A stretch of DNA of 46,069 nucleotides, from contig JAUCBJ010004698.1 in NCBI GenBank assembly GCA_032718475.1, positions 1 to 46,069 of the forward strand, read 5' to 3'. The stretch is from Nemertoderma westbladi (lineage: Eukaryota > Animalia > Xenacoelomorpha). Under the pieces are notes generated by a model. That model was not told the origin of the DNA. It saw nothing but the letters and a program-made list of their open reading frames with translations, and made no database searches. Below are positions 37,453-46,069 of the stretch, piece after piece; the stretch's first letter is position 1, and each line of letters begins with the position of its first letter. Made by a program: the position numbers and the translations under genes.

Positions 37453-38449
37453 CAGTGCCGGATTAAGTGCCCCCTTAAAGCTGACTGGTCCCTGTAGGTA
37501 CTGTATTTAGCAATTTTGATTGTATCGTGGGAATTTGTAATTTATATGCTGTAGGGTAGGTTTCGCAGGGTACTTATCTTTACTGGACTTGCTGAGAAAT
37601 ATAACACACCAAAAGTGTGGGGCTTAGTGCAAAGATTTAATATTTCTAATCTATATTTGGACTTGCTGAGAAAGTAATGTTCTTCGATAAGAGAACAGTC
37701 TCGGAAATAAGTACTTTTTATCACTAATTTTAATTTGCCAAAATTCAATTATGCTGTCCGAGTGTTTTAGGTTTTGCAGGAATTGCACCTAAAATGCCAT
37801 CGAATGCAAAATGCAATACACGAGGGCAGAACATCGGAATTTCGGTTAAATTAAATTAGTGACAAGAAGTTATTTCTGACACGTTTTTTTTATCAACAAC
37901 TATTTTATCTACAACTAATTAATTTTTTATCTATTAGGGCCTATATTTATAAAACTCGTTTCCAGTAAAAAAAATTAATTTCGCACTACCATATCTCCAC
38001 GCCATACATTTACTATGTACAGCGTTTCCAGTATGTCACCACATCATTATTTGTTCTAGAAAATTTAAGTTCATAACTACAAATAATTCCCCACAAATAA
38101 ATAAAATTAAATTCTCCATTGTTCATAATTAGCACTTTAATGTTTTACTGCCCGCCCATGTTTTATTATTTCCCTGCCATCAGTTCTTGAACTAATAACA
38201 CAAGCAGCTGTCGGTCGATTGAGCTACAATTTTGCAATTTCTACCACAATTCTAGTGATAGGAAGTAGTCGAAAGATGGACTTTTGTTCTGTTTTCTAGA
38301 AATTTTAGTGAGAAAAAATAATAAATAATTTAAATATATTAATAAAAATAATTTTTTTTCTCGCTATGACTCGCTGAGAAAAAATGGCCCGTATTTTCGT
38401 CTGGCCCTAAGGCACGTGCCTTATATGCCTTAAGGTTAAACCGGCACTG
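37453..38449. mobile_element. Non-autonomous hAT element (997 bp)
   Basis: TIR cagtgccggattaa / ttaaaccggcactg (1 mismatch); 8-bp TSD CTGTTATT at 37445-37452 and 38450-38457. Confidence 0.9.
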
Positions 38450-38819
38450 CTGTTATTTAAACTTCACATCTCAATAAGAAACATGTTATCACTATAAAAC
38501 GCGATGTTGGTAAAAAAAGACCCCGGTTGCTAAGGAAAACTTTTTTTTTCTTTTTTTGCACAGATTTAATAAAAATTTGTGTTTTTTTGCTCAGAAACAA
38601 TCTCTACATATGTAATCATGTATTAGGCACATTTTTAAAATAATTATATTTTTCGAATTTTCACCAAATTTTGCACAATATGTGAAATTTTTGAATATTT
38701 TTTCATTTTTTAAAATTTAATAACGTATTATTAAAAATTCTGGCAAATACATTCCATCGACTAGAGGAATCTGTTAAAGTGGTACTGGTATCCAACAAAA
38801 AATCATAAATGTAGTTAAA

Positions 38820-39065
38820 ATTTTCATGATGGGGGTTTTTGAGGACAATGATTTCATTTATGACGTTAGTTTTATGTTTGGTGAAATCTAGACTGCCTAT
38901 ATGACGGTTTGTCTGTCTTACAATTTTAGGGACATACTCGCAGACGGACAAATAGCGATAACTCGAGTTCAGAGTGGAAATCCTCATTAAATTAAATCTG
39001 CTCTAGATGAAATAAAAAACCATAAATCTGAAATTTTGGAACGAGTTAGTTAGACCCCCTCTTAA
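38820..39065. repeat. Diverged third copy of the 36.4-kb repeat unit, followed by a possible TTAA-bounded transposon end
   Basis: ggggttttttgaggacaatgatttcatttatgacgttagtttt...gaaatctagactg aligns to about 36562-36626; ends in gttagaccccctcTTAA (39050-39065). Partner TIR not found. Confidence 0.45.
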
Positions 39066-39567
39066 GGAACAAACACAATTATATTACCGGTATATAATAA
39101 TAATAGTATTCCCAATTGGGAAGCGCAGTTTTAATATAAATAATCGTATTTATAATGGAACTAAATATATAATGATTCTAAAATGAACTCGGCTAAATAA
39201 ATTGTTTCGCAATACAGAAATAAACAAGTGGAGTGTTTGTGGAATTCAATTACATTTCGGAAAAGTAGGAATAGGCCTACACTATACAGTATTTCCCAGG
39301 ATAAGTCCTAGGATAATTTCCCAGGAGTTATGTTGCACTGTAAGGGTTTTGGTGGGGGTGTGTTGGGTAGGGTAACCTGTATGGGAAGAGGTACAGATAA
39401 TGGGGTAAGAAACATTACCATAGCCAAATGAGAAATAGAAAAGGTTTCAACTTCTGGAAAGAGATTATAATTTACAGTAGATAACGTCATTCATTACTGG
39501 AAAACGTAGCAAAGCAGCATTGCTCTGAGATCATAAGCATTCTCTGTCATTCATGCAGAAATCCTAC

Positions 39568-39653
39568 ACAACCGAACACAAAAATTTCGTAGGGATTAAT
39601 TTGAAGTTGCAAATCCGAGCAACAAACAATCTTAATGGGTTGTTGCTAAAGTT
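39568..39653 (-). CDS. Possible exon 3 of the sulfotransferase-like gene
   Basis: Acceptor tgcAG in phase 0 matching the end of exon 2; NFSNNPLRLFVARICNFKLIPTKFLCSV; donor ambiguous (GT at 39569 or 39567); no conserved motif. Confidence 0.3.
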
Positions 39654-39707
39654 CTGCATTCGGGTGTTTATAAATAATATAACTTGGTCACTCAGCCACA
39701 TTGGTTG

Positions 39708-40478
39708 TGCGTGGTCCACAGTTGGTCCACTGTGAGTGGTCCACATTTGGTCCACTGCGAGTGGTCCACAGTTGGTCCACTGTGCGTGGTCCACTGTGCG
39801 TGGTCCACAGTTGGTCCACTGTGCGTGGTCCACATTTGGTCCACTGTGAGTGGTCCATAGTTGGTCCACTGTGAGTGGTCCATAGTTGGCCCACTGTGAG
39901 TGGTCCACAGTTGGTCCACTGTGCGTGGTCCACAGTTGGTCCACTGTGAGTGATCCACAGTTAGTCCACTGTGCGTGGTCCACAGTGAGTGGTCCACATT
40001 TGGTCCACTGTGAGTGGTCCACAGTGCGTGATCCACAGTTGGTCCACTATGAGTGGTCCACAGTTGGTCCACTGTGCGTGGTCCACAGTTGGTCCACTGT
40101 GCGTGGTCCACAGTTGGTCCACTGTGCGTGGTCCACAGTTGGTCCACTGTGAGTGGTCCAGAGTTGGTCCACTGTGCGTGGTCCACAGTTGGTCCACTGT
40201 GAGTAGTCCATAGTTGGTCCACTGTGAGTGGTCCATAGTTGGTCCACTATGAGTGGTCCACAGTTAGTCCACTGTGCGTGGTCCATAGTTGGTCCTCTAT
40301 GCGTGGTCCACAGTTGGTCCACTGTGAGTGGTCCACAGTTGGTCCACTGTGAGTGGTCCATAGTTGGTCCACTGTGAGTGGTCCACAGTTGGTCCACTGT
40401 GCGTGGTCCATAGTTGGTCTACTGTGAGTGGTCCACTGTGCGTGGTCCACAGTTGGTCCACTGTACTGGGTCCACAGT
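39708..40478. repeat. 25-bp minisatellite built from two related subunits (ggtccacagtt + ggtccactgtg[c/a]gt)
   Basis: About 30 copies; accounts for all the WTTHSGP/DHSQW ORFs. Confidence 0.95.
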
Positions 40479-40862
40479 AGCCATACAGTCCCCACCTTAC
40501 CAGGGAAAGCAATAAATGCGTCTAGCCCCAAAATACATCTTAGATCTACTTACACCAAAGTAAAACCCAACAAGTTCGGAACTCGTTTGGACTCTAAAAC
40601 TACACTATTTCAAACTGAAAACATTCGGCCCCCGGTCATTCTCTTATGCAGCTTCAACAGTCTCCAATTTCAAACTCGAGCCGCCACCGATCTGACAACT
40701 GTTCGCCACCTTCTAAAAACCGAACATTTAATTAATAGGTAGTAGGGCTTTCCAAATTTAAACTAAACTTTCGGTAACGATCTTTAGAATTAACAGCGCT
40801 TTAGAACCGATAGTTGGGATAAGCTGATTGATAAATTAAAGCGTAATAAACTATTAACTTAC

Positions 40863-40986
40863 ATGGTAGCTTGAGTACCAGATTTCTTCATTTTGCCGTG
40901 TTGTGAGAATAAATTTTGCTTCAGGAAAGGAATCATAAAATTCCTTAAAGAACACAGAAACTGGTGCATCGGAACATGCAACTTCT
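40863..40986 (-). CDS. Sulfotransfer_4-family (P-loop sulfotransferase-like) protein, exon 2
   Basis: Not in the ORF track. Acceptor tttgcAG, donor GTAAGT; phase 2 completes the AA of exon 1 to Lys; EVACSDAPVSVFFKEFYDSFPEAKFILTTRQNEEIWYSSYH matches the D.P...F..E....P.AK.ILT.R....W..S family motif. Confidence 0.85.
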
Positions 40987-41899
40987 CTGCAAACGAGTAA
41001 AAATGATAATAAATAGTAATAATAAACAATGCTGCTTCATATCATTCGTTTTCTAATTGTAGTCGCAATTAAGCAAATCTTAAAATATATTTATGTTGAA
41101 ACTATAAAATATAAATATTTTTCAATCATGCCGGTAATTAATTCAGATATGATTTGCTACTAAATATAATTGTTTTATCTGTTCAAACCCTGAAAGCAAT
41201 TTAGTCTGTCGTCACGTAGTTGTTTAATAGTTTGGCATGTAGCTCCTCACCCCCTAACCTGGTAACCTATCTTCTCCAAAGGACTTTCTACCAACAATGT
41301 TTCGTTAGTATTAATTAAGCTCAAGTATCAATAATATTTAAGCACTGATAAATATATAATGAAAAGAAAGCCTTTGACATCATAAATCAATTTAACGCAT
41401 CCTCGCAGCAGTGGCTTAATGATCTGCTTTTGCCAAGATTCAAACAATGTATCTTACATCGTTAAGATTGAGTGCTGGCTAGGGATATTAAATAATATTC
41501 CTCCCGAGCCATACGTAGTTATGGCTGAATAATTCACAGAATGACAGTATTGTCAGCTCTGTATTATAAATCATTTAAGTAACATTGTGAATGAAGCCAT
41601 TCCCCAGTATGATGCTGAAATAAGCTTTATGTATCTTCTATCCTAGAATATTCTATCACGGAAAACGTGTTTTGAATGATTTTTATTTATATTTAAATTT
41701 CTTTGATTTTCAGTCACAATGGATTGCAAACAAGGTCTGTACATGCAATCCCATAAAATTATATACTTTCCTCAGATCATACTCACATTACACAATGTGA
41801 GAGCCCCATACTTCTGGTAAATTCAGAGTTGGCGTGCGTGCTATCTACCAAACGTATATACTGCCGCTATCGGCAAGGCAATCAGCCCAGGCATGGCAA

Positions 41900-42300
41900 T
41901 CAATAAACCTGCTCACATGGAAAGATATCTAACCCACCACCAAGGTTACAGCTGAACGCCTCAAATGTTGGAAGGCCCACTTTGAGAAGCTTCTAAACAA
42001 TGACAGGGTGTTGCCTGATAACTTTGAGGTACATCATGTATCTGAGTCTGTGTTCACAGATATCAAATAACAAATATCCCCTTTGGTGACATCTTCTTTG
42101 CTGAAATAAAGACTGCAGCTACGAGCATCCTGACCAACTGTGCCAGTGGAGTAGATGGCGTGCCCCCTGGGGCCTTTGAAATTCCTACGTGTTTGGTGCT
42201 CATTTACCCCATTATTGTGGACATGTATAGGACAAAAGAGTCCCTCAAGAATTGAAAATAAATAAGTTGGTCCCAACCCCAAAGAAGGGCTACCGAATAA
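41900..42300 (+). mobile_element. Decayed LINE fragment (RTE-like, linker before the RT)
   Basis: KCWKAHFEKLLN (from 41963) and GVDGVPPG (near 42146) resemble RW.EHF..LLN and G.DG.P motifs; interrupted by stops and frameshifts. Confidence 0.6.
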
Positions 42301-42447
42301 CTTTCTATTTCTATCTCTTTCCTCTGTAGTTCCTACCATTAATGAAACCTTAAAGCAAACTTTCCACTTGGCTCTGCGATACCAAACAATCATTGAACTT
42401 AAAGAAAACTGAGTTTTCAATATTTTCTAACGCCAGGGACGTAGATC

Positions 42448-42790
42448 ATGCCTTAGTGTCTTCATTGATTGTAATCTAACCTGGAGGCTGACTATTAATA
42501 TGATACTTAGCAAATATCTAAAACTAGTGGCATACTTTATAGGTTAAGGTATGTCTTCCCCCTACGAATACTAAGACTTATTTTTATGGCTTTAATCCAA
42601 CCTTACATGGATTATGTCATTGCACTATGGGGAAATACATGTATTACAATATTGTAACCTTTATTTACTTAACTAAATTTTTAGTCACTTATAGAGCCTC
42701 CGCTACACCTATATATAAAATATTAAAAATTCTGACCCTGGAAAAACTATATAACTTCTAGGTCGCTAAGCTCATGTTCAATGATCTAAA
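42448..42790 (+). mobile_element. Decayed LINE 3' fragment (CR1/L2-group RT C-terminus)
   Basis: LSVFIDCNLTWR, ALIQPYMDYVIALWGNT and TPIYKILKILTLEKLY pieces in broken frames. Confidence 0.7.
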
Positions 42791-43492
42791 GGTGTATCTT
42801 TAGATGTTTTAGTTGTTTATGTTTTATGCTTATGTTATTATGTTTTAGTACTAATAATAATTTGTTCTCATTTTGAGCGATTATACCTGTCTGTAGTTAG
42901 AAGTCCATTTCCTAGGTTACATTGCAATATTTGTGCAATAGTCTGCAAATTTATTACTATTAAACATTTTATAACTATATACATGCCACACATCCGGTCC
43001 CCACGGTTAACGTTTAATTTATTTTTATGTGTTCATATACATTAAATTTATTCGGTTATTTAAATTTTTCCGGTAATTTTTTAATACATTTTTTTCGTCA
43101 AATTGTTGGAATTTTTCTCTCTGTAATTTTTTTTCCGGTTATCTCTGCTTGATATTATACTGTAACATATAATAAGTTAAATGCCAAATTCATTAATTAA
43201 AATACCAAAAGTTATTACTCCGGTACCCTTTACATATCTCTGAATAGTCATATGTATCTTTCTTCTCTTGTATTTCTCTGAATACTTTAACGGATATGAT
43301 AACCTGCAGTGCGCCATTTTTATTATTACCAAATATATTTGTTTTTAGGGTGGCAGCGTACACTAGTGCTGCTATTGCGCTACACGCTGTCTCCTCAACT
43401 GCTTTTCTTATATTGTATGTTAATTTTTGATTAATTTGCAGCACTCAAATTATTTAACTGCGAATAGACAGAATACTGAGACTGTTACTCAC

Positions 43493-43671
43493 TTGCTGTA
43501 CTCTTTAGCAAAATCCGGGCATTGAATTGCCCCTTTGAAAAGACTGTACCAGAAGTCGCAGTGGTATGTGATGTGTTCCCAGAAGTGGTAGTCAGGATAG
43601 CCCAGAATGTGGAGCGCCTTGGAGAGCGACATTGTCCCAGTCTTAGAGATACCGACCCCAATTATCTTCAT
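43493..43671 (-). CDS. Sulfotransfer_4-family protein, coding exon 1
   Basis: MKIIGVGISKTGTMSLSKALHILGYPDYH is the 5'-PAPS-binding loop (G..K/RTGT.SL..AL..LGY); ATG at 43671; donor GTGAGT at 43492; 179 bp, phase 2. Confidence 0.88.
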
Positions 43672-43909
43672 ATTTAGATGTCTTGTTTCTTTTAATATTG
43701 ATGAGTTTATGTACAATATGTACAGTAGTAGATGGATGAAAATATCGGTAATTTAGTTTAACATGAGCTAATAAAATACATATTATTAATAATGTGAAAG
43801 TTATAGGGTGCTCATTATGTAATATTCCAATGTCCAATATTTTTCATGTTGCAGACACTTAAAACATAATTATTATTTCTCAGTTCACCACAGAGAATGG
43901 GTTGTGTAC

Positions 43910-44758
43910 AAAACACAACACAAGAGCCCAGACCCCTCAGGTATATAAAACACAGATCTCCCCCAGGTATAAAACACAGACCCACACATGTACAAATATA
44001 AAACACAGACCCACACATGTACAAATATAAAACACAGACCCAACAGGTACAACACATAGACCCCCCAGGTACAAAGCTCAGACCCCCAGGTACACCACAA
44101 GACCCTTTCATGTACAAACACAGACCCCCCAGGTACAGAACACAGACCCCCAGTGGCGGATTTAGAAATTTCGAAAGGGGCATGTAAATTATGTCATACA
44201 TTATTTAAGGGGTGTGGGGGGCACCACACCCCACCTTACCCCGCCCAAGCCCAAAATTCACACATAGCCACCTCAAAATTTCCTAAATTTGCAACAAAAA
44301 GCAAATTAAAATAATAAATTGGTCTGTAGACAAATGTGTTGATAAAATGCAGACAAATGCTACCACGTAATTGGCAGATTGGTATTTAGACAATAACTTC
44401 AATATGTATGGTAATTTTTAGGATTAAGGTTATTCTGTTATTGATGAGAAGAGCTGAAAAGTTGTGTTACTGAATAAAATTAAGAGTAACAAAATATATT
44501 TACAGTGTTTTACAAGGGGTATGTCATGACATACATGGTGACATACCTCCTAAATCCGCCACTGCAGACCCCTCATGTGCCGAACACAGACCCCCATGTA
44601 CCAAACACAGACCCCCCAGGTACAAAATACAGACCCCAGCTACAAAACTCAGACCCCCCATGTACCAAACAAAGACCCCCTCCCCCCCAAGTTTCGAAAT
44701 TCCCCCCCCCCCCCCAGGTACAAAACACAGACCCCAGCTACAAAACAAAGAATCCCCT
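43910..44758. repeat. About 23-26-bp minisatellite (caaaacacagacccccaggta-like), split by a hAT MITE
   Basis: acacagaccc core recurs over 43910-44150 and 44565-44758. Confidence 0.9.
44151..44564. mobile_element. hAT-type MITE (414 bp)
   Basis: Perfect 15-bp TIR cagtggcggatttag / ctaaatccgccactg; 8-bp TSD CAGACCCC at 44143-44150 and 44565-44572. Confidence 0.93.
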
Positions 44759-46069
44759 GGTAATGTGTTTAAATATATCTAAATTGATTTTACAGTGAAT
44801 GCATTGTTTTTAAACTGATTCATTGAAGGAGACATTGCTCTGAACACCCAATGGTAATGTGTGACAAACTACTGAGTAGTTTCCATTAGTAAGTGAAAAG
44901 CAGCTTCGCTATTCAGTATATCAAGTTGCAGAGAATTTGTAGCTCCTTATTTTCTTCATAAACATGTACCGGTACTTCTAAAGGTAGGTACTGTTGAACT
45001 CCTTGGTTCTAGGTACGTTTTACTTTTATGATATCATCAGTACCAGTTACTGTAACGCTGACTTCAACTGTATCAAAAGTTTTTTTGCTGCAAATAAAGG
45101 CGTAGGTACACGAGGGCGCTTTTCATCAGCCTGTTGGTTGTAGTTTGGTTGTGCAACGTCGTTTCTAGATGGACTGCTTAACAATGAATTTGCGCAGAAT
45201 CAGTCTCAACGTTTCTAATACCAGTACATGCTGTTTAATATTCACACACATCGCCTTGGCCTCCTCTTTCACAAGTACCATACCGGTAGCAGGAATTAGA
45301 TTTGTTGAAAGTGATACCAAACTTTCAAAGGTAAATGGATGGGAACCTCCCAAAATACGCTGTGGTGACTACGACTCGTATGACTTGAGCTACTGGAACT
45401 AAAAATATACCTAATTTAAATCGTTTGAGTAGATTTAGAGATAGATTATGGTCTGTCCGCAGTTCTATAACAGGTACCATGCTATAGCAAAGTCACTCAG
45501 TCTAGAAGTACAATCTTACAGATACACTTTAAACGTATACCTACATCATCAGGCATCAGCAATGATCGCTTGGAGCAATTAACTTTATATGCTTCAAAGG
45601 AATAGCCATCGGGAAATAAAGGATAAAATGAATATACATATAAAAGGAATAGCCTTGTACTTTTTTAAAATCATTATTATTTTCAATTGATTCATCGACT
45701 TCTTGTAGGTTATGTAGGTCTGCTATCTCACAAAATTTAATTAAGTTATGTATGGTAGTAAACTAAGTTATCATCTTATTATACAAAGAATTGCAATTAC
45801 AATTAACCTAAACGTCTCTCTTGAAGCAAAGAATCATACAAAATATTAAGTATAAGAGTGTAGGGCTACAACACACTCATAAGCGTGTTTATATATAGTT
45901 AAAAAGCACCAGCTTCTAAGATATTAGAATGGAATAAAAGTAAATATCAAAAAGCAGGCACTCACGGACATTTTATATAATATTTAATGTCATCAACAAC
46001 TCTTGAGACTTTAAAATGTAATAAAGGTAAATATCAGCAGCAGGCAGTTGCTAAACAGGTATTTTTTTA

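Noticed and set aside
39308-39490. Further sulfotransferase exons near 39.3-39.5 kb
   Set aside because: Splice-like signals exist but no consistent open, motif-bearing frame could be assembled.
39564-40742. WTTHSGP/DHSQW repeat proteins
   Set aside because: Arise from a 25-bp unit (not a multiple of 3) that lacks stops in several frames.
43815-44798. Cys/Gly-rich and Pro/Thr-rich ORFs
   Set aside because: Translations of the cagacccc minisatellite and the MITE.
45000-45410. Coding-looking segment including NGWEPP, reminiscent of the sulfotransferase GWEPLC motif
   Set aside because: Wrong strand and wrong side relative to the sulfotransferase exons; all frames are short and unrecognisable.

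Overview
Repeat-dominated eukaryotic DNA, most likely from an invertebrate animal (spliceosomal GT-AG introns, TIR transposons, non-LTR retroelements); no prokaryotic features, CRISPR, rRNA or tRNA were seen. Contents from left to right: (1) a small Helentron/HINE-like inverted-repeat element and two minisatellites (0.6-2.0 kb). (2) A four-layer nest of DNA transposons: a piggyBac-type shell (2588-8958, TTAA TSD) contains a hAT MITE (3481-7996, 8-bp TSD), which contains a pogo/Fot-like element with an intact DD35D transposase plus PHD-like finger (3876-7564, TA TSD), which contains a second copy of the same hAT MITE (4274-5067). The nest ends about 300 bp upstream of the next gene. (3) The first three coding exons of an ACBD3/GCP60 homolog (+ strand; 9266-9505, 14377-14580, 15371-15475). 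(4) In ACBD3 intron 1, a polyadenylated CRE-clade retrotransposon inserted into a 24-bp minisatellite; its 941-codon open frame fuses about 430 aa of Pro-rich repeats to only the C-terminal half of the RT and an apparently intact restriction-like endonuclease. (5) After exon 3, a 20.1-kb satellite of about 40-bp composite units with higher-order structure, bracketed by Helitron-like termini. (6) An antisense, multi-exon Sulfotransfer_4-like gene fragment (43671 to about 39570), two more hAT MITEs with clean TSDs, two decayed LINE fragments and further minisatellites. Most ORFs in the supplied track are artefacts of tandem repeats or antisense frames. Family assignments come from motif recognition by eye; no database search was run.
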